Numbered from the whole stretch's first letter, positions 12,474-25,894 are shown. The stretch is 63,732 nucleotides of DNA, filler included, from Octopus bimaculoides (GCF_001194135.2; 4 parts of 4 records of this genome joined end to end with filler, not necessarily neighbours in it); one strand, 5' to 3'. A program made the numbers and translations. The notes: a model not told the origin generated them from the sequence alone.

Positions 12474-12763
12474 AACCCTTTCTACTCTAGGCACAACGCC
12501 TGAAATTTTGGGTGAGTGGTTAAGTCGATTACATCGATCCCAGTACTCAACTGGTACTCAATTTACTGACCCCAAAGGATGAAAGGCAAAGTTGACCTCA
12601 GTGGAATTTGAACTCAGAACGTAGTGACAGGCAAAATACCGTTAAGCGTTTCGTCCAGCATGCTAACAATTCTGCCAGCCTGCACGTTAATTTCACGAGC
12701 AGGCTGTTCTGTTGATCGGATCAACTGGAACCCTCGATGTTGTAAGCGATGGAGTGTCAACAA
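12474..12763 (-). mobile_element. SINE A1 copy (12474-12678, minus) abutting a SINE B tail-1 end (12681-12763, plus)
   Basis: A body and tail on the minus strand; TGCACGTTAATTTCACGAGCAGGCTGTT matches 4246-4300. Confidence 0.85.
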
Positions 12764-13257
12764 CTCTTCTGTTTGTCAATATAGTTGCTGCTACTTTCCT
12801 CATTGAGATTGCAATGGATTTAGCATTGAGANNNNNNNNNNNNNNNNNNNNNNNNNNNNNNNNNNNNNNNNNNNNNNNNNNNNNNNNNNNNNNNNNNNNN
12901 NNNNNNNNNNNNNNNNNNNNNNNNNNNNNNNNNNNNNNNNNNNNNNNNNNNNNNNNNNNNNNNNNNNNNNNNNNNNNNNNNNNNNNNNNNNNNNNNNNNN
13001 NNNNNNNNNNNNNNNNNNNNNNNNNNNNNNNNNNNNNNNNNNNNNNNNNNNNNNNNNNNNNNNNNNNNNNNNNNNNNNNNNNNNNNNNNNNNNNNNNNNN
13101 NNNNNNNNNNNNNNNNNNNNNNNNNNNNNNNNNNNNNNNNNNNNNNNNNNNNNNNNNNNNNNNNNNNNNNNNNNNNNNNNNNNNNNNNNNNNNNNNNNNN
13201 NNNNNNNNNNNNNNNNNNNNNNNNNNNNNNNNNNNNNNNNNNNNNNNNNNNNNNNNG

Positions 13258-13430
13258 CTTCTTATCTCTCCATGCTCCTCCAGCACGGTCATTACTCTGG
13301 CCTGCTCCTTATGAGGAGGTATGTTGGAAATCCCAATCTTAGTCACACAATGTCCCAAATATAAGGAGGAGTAGGTCATTGTAGTTGTTTTGCGTGCTTC
13401 CTCTCCGTTGCTGCAGATAACTACTGCTGT
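13258..13430 (-). mobile_element. Possible LINE ORF1 (gag-like) relic
   Basis: Minus-strand open frame CETAVVICSNGEEARKTTTMTYSSLYLGHCVTKIGISNIPPHKEQARVMTVLEEHGEI has normal protein composition and runs into the gap; the assignment is a weak resemblance only. Confidence 0.25.
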
Positions 13431-13690
13431 CTCACATTACTTTCCTTGGCAGATATAAATTACAAAAGGTCACACTTCTTACATTTTTCTATTTCAGCTT
13501 TTTTTTTTTCTGTGTGATTAATGCACTTATGTATTATTTCTTTTTTTTTTTGTGTGCAAATCATTTCCTGTTCTGGGAGTGCCGTGATGTCAGGTTGAAT
13601 AATATCTTCTGATACGTTTTAATGATCTCAGTTTTCCCTTGCAGTGATCCACTTAATTGTAGTATTTCCGAGGAAGCTTTTTGTCGCCTA

Positions 13691-13897
13691 CTGGTTAGTG
13701 TGTCAGCACCATGATTGTAAGATTGTGGTTTCGATTCCTGGTCCGGGAGACGCGTTGTGTTCTTGAGCATTACACTTCATTTCACGTTGCTCCAGTCCAC
13801 TCAGCTGACAAAAATGAGTAACGCTGCAATGGACTGGTGTCCTGTCCAGCTGGGGAACACATACGCCATTGAAACCAGGAAACCAGGCCCATGAGCC
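13691..13897 (+). mobile_element. SINE family C
   Basis: B-box GGTTTCGATTCC, central TTCTTGAGCA..ACACTTCATTTCACGTTGCTCCAGTCCACTCAGCTG, tail shared with the 8984 copy. Confidence 0.8.
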
Positions 13898-13901
13898 ATG
13901 A

Positions 13902-13996
13902 CTTTGACTGAATTTGAATTCAAAATGTAAAGATAGATGAAATGCCGCTAAGTATTTTGCTCAATGTGCTAATGGTTCTACCAGCTTGTTGCTGCC

Positions 13997-14040
<44 letters not shown>

Positions 14041-14394
14041 CTTTTCTACTATAGGCACAAGGCCTGAAATTTAGGGGGAGGGGCTAGTCGATTACATATA
14101 TATATATCACATGACCGACCAGGCCATCAGATGTTGTTACACATTGCTGGTCACAATGTCCTTTTGCATTGTTTTAGCCTTCAAATGACGCCAACATTTA
14201 GAAACAGGAAGTAAGAGTGGGAGAAAGTTGTGGCGAAAGAGTACAGCAGGGTTCACCACCACCCTCTGCCGGAGCCTCGTGGAGCTTTTAGGTGTTTTTC
14301 GCTCAATAAACACTCACAACGCCAGGTCTGGGAATCGAAACCGCGATCCTAAGACCGCGAGTTCGCTGGCCTAACCACTGGGCCATTGCGCCTC
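13902..14394 (-). mobile_element. Nested SINE cluster: A head (13902-13996), A1 tail (14038-14097), SINE B with a third tail type (14108-14394)
   Basis: Direct alignment to the other A and B copies; B diverges after CTTCCTGTTTCT into AAATGTTGGCGTCATTTGAAGGC. Confidence 0.85.
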
Positions 14395-15537
14395 TCTCCA
14401 CACATACACATATATGTATGTATAATAGTAGTCATATGCATGTAATAATACACACCACGCACGCACACACAGATTCACACATAAACTTGGCGATTTCATA
14501 ATATAAATCGAATGAAAAAGTACCAGACTGAAATTAGAACTGGGAACATAAGATCCATTTTATTCGTAACTGTCTCGTCTGTTATACAATTGCGTTTTTT
14601 AAAAGCGATTTAGGTGTAATTTTTAAGTATACTATTTTAACTCCGATGCAAGGGAAATAACTCCCGTTTGACCTGGAGATAAATTAATCTGACATCCATT
14701 ACGAAATGAAATTGTGAGTGGTGGTGGCGACTTAAATGTGGTGGTTGTGGCTCCTGTTGTAGTGGTGGTGGTGGTGGTTAAGATAATTGTGCTAATGAAG
14801 CCACAGACGAAGCCTCTACATGGCTCAACACTCAGCCGGCTAGAAGTAGCAGCCAAATTTTTCTCGAATAACATTCAACCACCTTAAGAATAGAACAGAA
14901 TGGTTGTGGTTCTTGAATATCTTCAATCATATCTGCTCAGTTAGGGTCATCTTGGGGTTAAACAATAACAACACAAACACATCTATTCCCCATCTTTTTT
15001 AATGAACTAAATGCAACAAGAAACTTCATATTATCTACACTTCCTGCCTTTCTTTTCTTCCTTTTGGGTCCTTAACTTTCGACAGAGTGGAGCACCGTCG
15101 TGACATTTTTAATGCTTGGTGGAACCCATCTTTCTCCGAGGCCGAATACAGTTGATTTGCGTGTGTGTGTGAGAGAGAGAGAGAGAGTGAAAGAGAGAGA
15201 GAGAGAGAGAGAGAGAACGGAGGACAGACAGAGAGAAATGGAGAGGAAGGCAGAGAGAGAAGAGAAAGAGGTTACGCCATCACTTCAAATATAGTCGTAG
15301 AGAGTTACGAGCCTTGATAAGTCTTTTGGGAGAAGTGGTTTCTTCGGCAAACGTCGAGCAAGGCAGGAAAAGACGTACCCAGCAGTCTCCCCTATCTCCC
15401 AAAACCACATAACACTTACTAAATTAATTATTTCAGGGACGTGGAGCGATTTTTATAAGGAGTAACACCTTGTAAGACCCGATTACAGAAAAGAAAATAA
15501 AAACTGTCCACATCTGATCGATAGCAGGCTTGATCTA

Positions 15538-15790
15538 CTGGACATTGCAGCAAAATCTCCATAAATTACACATTGCAGTCTTAATCAAGGAAGGACATAT
15601 CAAATAAGTTATCAGTAAATCTTCTAGTAAAAATGACAGGATAGTCACTACTGGAAGGCCTTTCGTCGTAGGTTTGTGCTCGATCAACAACAGATTACAA
15701 CACGATCTACCTGAAATAACAGCTAAATCTTGCTCAAATTATAACCTAGCGTCTTAAAAAAAGGAGGCACTGGATCGTGTAGTCTTTCAT
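15538..15790 (-). repeat. Family H repeat fragments
   Basis: AAATA.CAGC.AAATCT..CTCAAAT motif, also at 14838-14895 and reverse-complemented at 21400-21485. Confidence 0.5.
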
Positions 15791-18700
15791 ACATCATGTT
15801 CGCAATAAAGAAATAAAGAAATCCCAGACAAGTTTGTCACGAATGGGACGACATTGAAAATAATCACTGTTCAATCAGAGCTGACATCAAGAACCCAACA
15901 TAAACACAATTAGGACAGTTGCAGTTATCTCCCTACTACTCTCAGCCACTCAACAGGTAACAACTGTCGAGATGGACAGTGTGTTCGTGTGTCAGATGTC
16001 GGAGGCTGTGATTCATCGTTCATCTTTTGTTCCAGTCAATGGATTGAGGTGATACTGGGGCGAAGCCTAAAAGAGTTTCAGTCGACTCCCGGTGTTTATT
16101 TTTAAGTATTGCACTTGTTCCATAGGGACTCTGTTGCTGAAACACTAAATTAAGGTTAGTATATAAAGTAACACCGGTTGTCAAGAGGCGGAGGAAAAAA
16201 CAAATACCTCTTTTCCATGTACACACAAACACACACACGTGTACATGTATATACATATATACGTTAAGAATCTACTATTTAAAGATTTCCTTTCACCTGA
16301 GGACGTGTCTTAAATTCTGCATTAATTTAAAGGATTTTTAACATTTTGCATTAAAGCATGCATATAAGAACTTAATTTGTTATCAAATATAATAATATAA
16401 ATTATTTACATGTTTTTAAGTTACAAAACAATTTGTCGTGACATTAGAATTTTCTTATTAATAAATAAAATTTCATCAAACTATTTCTCTGTCATTTATG
16501 ATTTTATACACATCTGATTGTTTTCTATTATACCGTACTATATATTCTATGTTTTGTAGAATGATACATTAACTCATAAAGTGCTTCGATTTGCAGCTGG
16601 ACAGCATGGACTGCAGAGCACATTTCATGAAAATGAGACTACAATGCACACATAAATAACAAAAAAATAGTTAAAATATCTTCTTAGTATATAATCGTGG
16701 CAAGTTTTACACCTGAGAAGCAATTAGTTGAACTGTTGCATTCTGGGGGATATCGGAGCGTTTGGGTGACATTAGGCCCCAACAAACGATCATAAATTAA
16801 ATGCATNNNNNNNNNNNNNNNNNNNNNNNNNNNNNNNNNNNNNNNNNNNNNNNNNNNNNNNNNNNNNNNNNNNNNNNNNNNNNNNNNNNNNNNNNNNNNN
16901 NNNNNNNNNNNNNNNNNNNNNNNNNNNNNNNNNNNNNNNNNNNNNNNNNNNNNNNNNNNNNNNNNNNNNNNNNNNNNNNNNNNNNNNNNNNNNNNNNNNN
17001 NNNNNNNNNNNNNNNNNNNNNNNNNNNNNNNNNNNNNNNNNNNNNNNNNNNNNNNNNNNNNNNNNNNNNNNNNNNNNNNNNNNNNNNNNNNNNNNNNNNN
17101 NNNNNNNNNNNNNNNNNNNNNNNNNNNNNNNNNNNNNNNNNNNNNNNNNNNNNNNNNNNNNNNNNNNNNNNNNNNNNNNNNNNNNNNNNNNNNNNNNNNN
17201 NNNNNNNNNNNNNNNNNNNNNNNNNNNNNNNNNNNNNNNNNNNNNNNNNNNNNNNNNNNNNNNNNNNNNNNNNNNNNNNNNNNNNNNNNNNNNNNNNNNN
17301 NNNNNNNNNNNNNNNNNNNNNNNNNNNNNNNNNNNNNNNNNNNNNNNNNNNNNNNNNNNNNNNNNNNNNNNNNNNNNNNNNNNNNNNNNNNNNNNNNNNN
17401 NNNNNNNNNNNNNNNNNNNNNNNNNNNNNNNNNNNNNNNNNNNNNNNNNNNNNNNNNNNNNNNNNNNNNNNNNNNNNNNNNNNNNNNNNNNNNNNNNNNN
17501 NNNNNNNNNNNNNNNNNNNNNNNNNNNNNNNNNNNNNNNNNNNNNNNNNNNNNNNNNNNNNNNNNNNNNNNNNNNNNNNNNNNNNNNNNNNNNNNNNNNN
17601 NNNNNNNNNNNNNNNNNNNNNNNNNNNNNNNNNNNNNNNNNNNNNNNNNNNNNNNNNNNNNNNNNNNNNNNNNNNNNNNNNNNNNNNNNNNNNNNNNATA
17701 TATATATATATATATACACACACGCACATGTATGCATATTCAGATACTTGTAAGTATGAAGATCACTCACCTTGTCTTAGGTAACAACTCAGCAAACAAT
17801 TATACGAAATAACCAAAGAACGAAAGAAAGAATGTCATAAAGAACAACAACAATAATAATAATAACAACAATAACAACAGCGAGAAGAACAATTATGAAG
17901 AAAGCTGGTAGGAAAAAAAAACAAAAACAAACAAAAAACGTATTGTTAGGTGAGATGTCAGTAATGAAGTGAACAGAGGCAGTCTATGTAGAGGTGCTGT
18001 GAGTAGAGGCGAGTGTGCAGTGTCCATAGAACATATCATCGTCATCCTTTTATATATCCGCTTTCCATGCTGGCATGGGTTGGACGTGTCTAGTTGTATG
18101 TGTATTTGTATTGTGTGTGATATGTGTGAATGTAGGTAATTTGATGTGTGATGTGATATGAGGTGTACGTGTGTATGCCTGTATGTGTGTATATGAGAGA
18201 GAGTGAGATCAAACTGTAGATGCATATGGAAAGAATGGAAAGAGAGGGAGGGAAAGAGGGAGTTAGCGAGAGAGAGAGAGGGGGCAATGATTTGTATGTA
18301 TTTATGTAAGGCACAGAGAGAAAGAGGGGATAAATGTGAAAGGAGAAACCAAACACTGTGTGTGTGTGTGGCAGAACAAAGAAGAGAGGGGTTGGGCAGA
18401 GAAAAACAGATCAAACAATGTTTCATGTGTGTATATATATATATGTGTGATGCATGTGTGNNNNNNNNNNNNNNNNNNNNNNNNNNNNNNNNNNNNNNNN
18501 NNNNTTAATTAATTAANNNNNNNNNNNNNNNNNNNNNNNNNNNNNNNNNNNNNNNNNNNNATACATCCAGACTACATACACATATGCATGTAAATATAAA
18601 TGAGAGTGTGTGTATTTACATATATGTACATAGATAGATAAACAGAAATACATACGACTGTATGTATATTTATTTATAAATATGTAGAAGTTTGCAGCAA

Positions 18701-18832
18701 CTAAGTTTTTGTTTCAAGCAATTCACTTGTAGTTGTACATCATGAATATGTGTTTCAAAGTCTTATTAATGTTTTTCTCTTTATTTCACCCGTCTCTGCC
18801 TCGTTGTGATTATTCAATATTCTACACGCAGT

Positions 18833-19326
18833 AAGGCAGCGAGCTGGCAGAAACGTTAGCACGCCGGGCGAACTGCTTAGCGATATTTCGTCTGCCGCTC
18901 CATTCTGAGTTCAAATTTTGCGTTGGTTGACTCTGCCTTTCATCCTTTTAGGGTCGATAAATCAAATACCAGTTGTGTACTGAGGTCGATCTAATCAACT
19001 GTCCCCTCTCACAACTATTTCGGACCTTGTGCCAAGAATAAAAGAGAATGTTCTACACGAAGCATCTGCCACTAAATACATCACTGCCCACCAGTGTGGT
19101 GAGGTGGCAGAATCGTCTGCACGCCGGGCGAAATGCTCAGCGGCATTTCATCTGGCGTTACGTTCTGAGCTCAAATTCCACCGAGGTCGACTTTGCTTTT
19201 ATCCTTTCGGGGTCGATTATATTAAGTACCAGTTACGCACTGGTGTCACTGTAATCGACTTAATCCCTTTGTCTATCCTTTTTTGTACCCTCTATGTTTA
19301 ACTCCCTGTGGGCTATAAATGAATAA
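18833..19326 (+). mobile_element. Two full-length SINE A copies (A1 at 18833-19049, A2 at 19097-19326)
   Basis: tRNA-like head TGGCAGAA..GTT/CTCAAATT, common body, different tails. Confidence 0.9.
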
Positions 19327-21172
19327 CTATATCACATCCCAATGTCTTAAGGGCTAAAATATATTATTGAAGTATTCTGGGCAACGTTATTCGTGAATAT
19401 TAGATGGGTTTCGCATAGCCTCTCCATTACCAATGATGAGGAACACCTAAATCAGAAGAAACACTAGAAACCGGCTTAGCTTGACAACAAATTGTTTCTC
19501 AGGACGCCTTCCGTGGCAACTGGCCTATCAACGGTGTATGTACATTAAATAAAATACACAGATGACTATATATACGCTCTTGTCATCTTCCTCCGATGTT
19601 TGTTGTGTTTTTAAATTTGTACATTCATATTCATTCAGTACGATGTATAGATATTTCAGAAGAAGAATTATTTTATGTTTAGAGATTAGCTCCTAAGAAG
19701 ATCACCTTTTAAATCGATTAAGGTACTGCACTGGTCTTAACGTCTTACAAAGGTGCAGCTTTCTTTCTAAATCCAGTGAAGGAAGATTTCGTCTTTCAAA
19801 TCCTGTGAAAGAAAAAGAAACACCTATTTCATTTCTTTTCTGAGAAATAATTTGTCTTTGGAATATACAATGGATTAATATGTCACTTGAACTCAGTAAA
19901 GGATTATATTGCGAAAATGCGTTATGGGAATCGCGGAGCAGTTTTATGTAACACTTTGTCCCCTGTGTGTGTTTGTGGTGATTTAATATTGTTGAATGAC
20001 GACGTTGCTTAGCCCAAGCTTGAATCTAGACGAGTGGAATTGAGTTTAAATGCATTTCAGTAATAATCAACTACTTTTTTTTAAGTGTATATGATTCTTC
20101 TATATCTGTTGTGTCTTATATAAAACTGGAGACTTCGATTTCGGGGTGATTTGGTCGCTATTTGGTGTATGTCCATCGATCATGTGTATGCTTTCTCAAG
20201 AATTGTATTTGAACTCTCTTAATGGCGAGTTTTCATTTGAATTGACTGAGGGTACCATAGAACGCAATTACTCTTTATTCGAAAGAAAATATGTTAAGCA
20301 ATCAACAACTATTTGCTCCTAACTGTAGTATAGTTTCGCAATGAGCCAAGGAAATAATTTCCAGCGTTTCAAACATAGCCGGAAGAACATGAAGATATCA
20401 TGTTATTCAAAAACGAGATAGTGATGTCTAAAATACTTCAGAGCAGAGAGGTACCCTGCAAGAGCTGATCAGGATTTAACGAACACAACTACAAAATCAA
20501 TATATTTATATTTGGAATTAATGAATGTGGTGAAGCATTATAGCAGCTGTTTGATGAGCAACACATATCTCCATAAAATCGCACACTATCATCTTAAAAC
20601 GGGAAAGGATTCCTTGGACACAGTACTATAAAGCATCTATAGATCGCTAGCCCTTAATTTAGAGGTTATGCATTCCCAAAGGGCGCGGAATCTAATTCTT
20701 GCATGTGGTTTAAAAAGAAGTATTCAAACAAACAAATGTCGTTTTGTTTTGTGCTGATCAATACAACTTTGGTTCTTTCGGAATCGGTTGGACGGTTAGC
20801 ATAACCATCCGGATCGAATCGCTTCCAATATTAAACTGCCACGCGTCTTAAGTTTATTTAATGCAGCCACAGAAGCAGCAACCACTACATTAAAAGGTTT
20901 TATTGAGAATTTCGATATTTCTAGTCTTTAAATTAAGAAGCCTCGTGAACAGAAAGCTCGTAATATCAAACCAAGGAACCCAGTTGCCAGAAAACCTCGT
21001 AAAAGCTTTCAGAAGAGCTGCAATAGATGATTTGAATATACATTTATTAGCTGCAGTTAAACCGGTTAAGTGCCTTGTATATCCGTTACACACTTTCTTC
21101 TTGTTGTTTAGTTATTGTTGTTTAGTTATTGTTGCTTTACATTATGGTGATTCATAGCTACGTTCATCAGAT

Positions 21173-21485
21173 ATATTCTTAGCACCAACATCAACTTATG
21201 TTAGGACTAGCTTGTACTATAATATTTGATGTGTCATCTTTATTTTCAAGAACGTAGTGGGTTATGTGAGGTAGAATTGACTCTAATACCAAACATTTAT
21301 GTTAGGGGCAATTTATAGATAATTTTGCCAGAGGTATTCTTAGTATAACCTTCGACTTATGTTAGGGCTATCTTGGACTATAATATTTAATCTGTCTTCT
21401 TTAATTTCACGGAAGTACTGCGTAATTTGAGGTAGATTTGGCTGTTATATCAAAACCTTAGAGTGACCACGTCGATGCTCCCTCA
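21173..21485 (+). repeat. Diverged tandem duplication (~163-bp period) of a family H segment
   Basis: ATTCTTAG..ACTTATGTTAGG.CTA.CTTG.ACTATAATATTT...TGAGGTAGA.TTG at ~21175 and ~21336. Confidence 0.7.
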
Positions 21486-21805
21486 TCGGTTAAAATGAAA
21501 TCAAAAAGAAACGAAATTGAAACCAGAAACATACAGCCGCTCATTAAAAGACCCCTCCACATACACCAGAATGTGTTTGAAACAGAACTGTGCCTATCCG
21601 CTGTTTATGTGATAAGAATATTTCCGTATCCAAGACTCCAGTTTATCATTTCACACTTTTTGAATATTTTCGCAACCAAAGAATTTTAAGCTCTTTTCAT
21701 AACTGCTGAGAATGTAAGCACACATTGACAAGATCGAAAGCAGACCGGAGGGCGAAAGGAAAGCTACTATTACAGTTTATTGTTGTTGCTCTTATCACCA
21801 TCATC

Positions 21806-21877
<72 letters not shown>

Positions 21878-23045
21878 GTTATTATCACTATCATTTCTTT
21901 GTACAGTATAGATTTGATTTAATTGTTTTTTTTTTTTTTGTAATTTGCTTCGAACCGTCAATTCTTAGTAAAATACCAGAGACAGCAAGTATCGTCTTCA
22001 GAGCATTAGTTCTTCGAAAAAGGTCGGTTGTTTGGAGTACTGGCGTGTCTGTCTTGATGTTTCCCCGTTCCAGTTCATATGACAGATTATTATTAATTTT
22101 TTTTTATGCGATTTAATGTTCCGATGCCAACCGATATGGCATTTATTTTTACTACTCTGCAACACAACATTCACACAAGGAGTGATTATCTTGTCTACAT
22201 CGCCATAAATTCATATATTTTTATCTCCGGAATGATATTATGTTGTGGTCATGACATAATACTTCATAGGTAGATAGAATCGCGGAGAAATTTTTAGACA
22301 GATATTTTTGTTGTGTCTCCTATCTTCCTTCTTAATTCCACAGTCTGCTTTGCTCGTCGCATCTAGATATTTTCCATAGAATGCTATCGCTTCATGCATC
22401 AGTTATTTCATTTCAATTTCCTGTTCCTGCAACGCAAAAACACTCCTATCGAAGTGAAAGCTAATACACTTTTTTTTTGTTTGTTGTTGACATTGATTAA
22501 TTCTTTCTTTCTTTTATCATTTACATTATGGTAACATCTGCTGGACATCTGATATTCTACTATTGTAAAACATTTTCTTTTCTCACAGATCATAAGACCT
22601 TGCCTATTCTTCGCACATATAAATGTACTAACAGCAATATTCCACCAATGTAGTTTCGCATTATGGTTGAGTATAACTCTGCAAATCACAGTGGCATCTA
22701 CTTGTTTATGTTCCAGGCAATCAAAGCGGCAAAATGACAGAATCATTGAAGCAATGCTAAAATGCCTTGTATTTTATGGCCGCACGGTTTGTGTTGTGAT
22801 TTCAAATCGTGCCGAGGTAAACGTCGCTTTTATTCATTTCATGTTGCTGGGCAGAGGACACTACCATCTGGCTAATTTGGTAGAACTGTAATACCATCGG
22901 CTCGTATACTTTGCGATAATTTTTCCAGCTCTTTGCATTCCGGATTCAAACCTACCTACGAGGCTCCATCCGTGACCAAACCCGGTGTAGGACACAATAA
23001 TTGGTTCGATTAAAACTTCGTCCCTTGCACCGAGGGAGAATTTAA

Positions 23046-23256
23046 CCCATTTAGCATTAACATTTCTCTGTCAAATGTAACATATCTTCGCATGGTCTTG
23101 TATTAATCTCACAACTTTCAGATGTTGGTGATATGATTGCGAATTTTCACAATAGCAATGTTGGATAAGCGTTAATGGCTGGATCTTGCGCTTTTCGAAT
23201 AAAAAACAAGTAGGGAATTTTTGCTTCTGGATATGGCTTGTTTACATGCTGAAGGG
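23046..23256. mobile_element. piggyBac-type MITE
   Basis: TTAA TSDs at 23042-23045 and 23257-23260; TIRs CCCATTTAGCAT / ATGCTGAAGGG. Confidence 0.8.
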
Positions 23257-23862
23257 TTAAGGGAGTCTGCTCTCTTACAAGAATTCGGGGATGGCTTCCA
23301 ATTTGAGGACACATTCTTGTCTCGCCAAACTAGTCCCGTAAGACCTGCAATGTTCCCTGAACACTGACGTCCCTCTCGGATTATACAGTAGTATCCTTGT
23401 CACGATCTCAAATCTCATAAAGTTGGATAGCATCGTGTTAGCAATTTGCTACACCTCATGTGAGGTGGGGCACAACTTTAATATAAATACCACACAGACG
23501 ACATAAATTATCACATCTAGGTAGCTTTTGTTGCATACCAATCCACTTTTATATACCAGGTGTTTTGCCTTTTCCTGTCAGTTCCTGTATTAAGAAAGCT
23601 TACATGTTAAATTAAATATAGAGATTGCCTGTTCAGCAGGAAAAACTCAAGTTAACATTCTTACTGACATCTTGAAGAATTCGGATAACATATCGCGTAA
23701 GAATGTACGCATTCAAAAGCTAATTACGCACATTCATATACCATTTCTATTTACAACTCAACATATACACACGGGTAAAATATGTGTTTATAAGATATAT
23801 AAAGGAGTGTAATATGCATAGGTGTTCTCTCAGCGACCGTCTATGACTATGGCATTTGTGTA

Positions 23863-24223
23863 TGAATGTGGATGTGGATGTGTATATATGCGTGCGTGTG
23901 AGATTGTGTATTAAACTATGTGAATCTGTGTGTAGTATTTCTTAGTTATGAGTTGGTCTATCAGCCTTTCACACACACTCTCTCTCTCAATATATNNNNN
24001 NNNNNNNNNNNNNNNNNNNNNNNNNNNNNNNNNNNNNNNNNNNNNNNNNNNNNNNNNNNNNNNNNNNNNNNNNNNNNNNNNNNNNNNNNNNNNNNNNNNN
24101 NNNNNNNNNNNNNNNNNNNNNNNNNNNNNNNNNNNNNNNNNNNNNNNNNNNNNNNNNNNNNNNNNNNNNNNNNNNNNNNNNNNNNNNNNNNNNNNNNNNN
24201 NNNNNNNNNNNNNNNNNNNNNNN

Positions 24224-24258
<35 letters not shown>

Positions 24259-24383
24259 AGAGAGAGAGTGTGTGTGAAAGGCTGATAGACCAACTCATAA
24301 CTAAGAAATACTACACATAGATTCACATATTTTAATACACAATCTCACACGCACGCATATATACACATCCACATCCACATTCA
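23863..24383. repeat. ~133-bp inverted repeat flanking a gap with (TA)n edges
   Basis: 23863-23995 is the reverse complement of 24251-24383 with about 2 differences. Confidence 0.9.
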
Positions 24384-25349
24384 CATTATATGTATATATA
24401 TATACACACACATACATTCATACATGCATGCATATATGTATACTAATGAATAAATATTTATGTGTATGTATATGTGCGTTTGTTCCTTATTTAGATTTTT
24501 TTTCTCCCGAAAGCTATACAACAAAATTGATGCTATATCTGTTTTAAAAGAATGGAATGAAATCTCATGAGGGAACGGCGCCTTTTTATTTATAAGATTT
24601 TCGTGTATGGTCTAGCTCTTCTCTTTCTGATATTCTTTAGAGGAATGGTTCTATTTTGGTGAAGGTAGATTCATAAATGTTTTACTTCTCCATGAAGCAT
24701 CTTAATTGTGCTTCTGTCAATCTTTACATCCTTACATATATCTAGATTCCATAAAAGTAAACGTAAGTAAATGAGCCTCCGTCGATTTTGTGGTTGAGCT
24801 TCTAGGTATTTCATTAACTCTACTACCTGCCTATTGAGTCAACATGCTAGTTGTCGCGGATTCCATAGACATATGTAACCTTAACATGTATATTTCAGAA
24901 AATTTCAGTTGATTCGAATGGTAGCGCAATCCGGATCGAAACGTTCTTAATCATCGTACTCCATTAAAAACATTAAAAACAATGTTTATATATGACACAG
25001 TAAACATAAATGAACTATTAGCAATGCAGGAAATAGGAAGACATGGGTTAGGGGTTCAGTTGTATCCCAAGGGGAGATTAAGAAATGTGCTTAAAGGGCA
25101 CATATAATGGTTATGTGGCGGTGCAGGTTACAGATTAGGTACAACTTGGTTGAGGGATCGGACGATATTTGCTACTACCTTCAGTTAGTCTTTTGTGGTA
25201 TTTTGAACAGTTCCATCTGTTGCGTAGGCGGATCTGATCCAAACTGTTCCGAAATGTCTTTGCACTTTGGCTGTAGTTCCAAACTTCCAGTAACTATTTA
25301 GAATGAATTTCCCTTTGCCGAAATATTGACCTGGTTCCCTTCATTAATT

Positions 25350-25480
25350 GTAGGAAAAAAAGGCTTTAGTCGTCCCGAGGTTATAGTTGAAAACACTTGC
25401 CCAAGGTGCCATGTAGTGGGACTGAAGCCGGAACCGTGTGGTTGATAAGCAAGTTACTTACCACTCAGCCACGCCTGCAC
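25350..25480 (-). mobile_element. SINE family D head
   Basis: Minus strand GGCGTGGCTGAGTGGTAAG..GGTTCCGGCTTCAGTCCCACT..GGCACCTTGGGCAAGTG, as at 56488. Confidence 0.75.
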
Positions 25481-25817
25481 TTATATATATATATATACAC
25501 ATGCTCGCATATATATATATATATGTATATTTACATAAATGTATGTATATACACATATATACTTACATAAGTGTATGTATGTATCTATGCATATATGTAT
25601 ACATGCAAGTCAGTTTGTATATATGTGTATATGTGTATTGCAAAAAATCAGAACGTCTTTTGGCATAATGCCATGTTTATGTTTGGAATTTCTTTTTTCT
25701 TGAGATTGTTTTACACCTCTGCAAGCTGAGATAATTACAATAAATCAAGAATTAGCGAATAGCTATCTATCTATTTTTATATATGCTCATACGTGCATAT
25801 ATGTGGTTTGTGTGTGC

Positions 25818-25894
<77 letters not shown>

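Noticed and set aside
18505-18516. TTAATTAATTAA islands inside N runs (also 39147-39158 and 61337-61348)
   Set aside because: At 18505 the 12-mer sits in a 44N + 12 + 44N = 100-bp block, and the other two sit in similar ~100-bp blocks; it encodes stops in all frames and is a scaffolding linker, not biology
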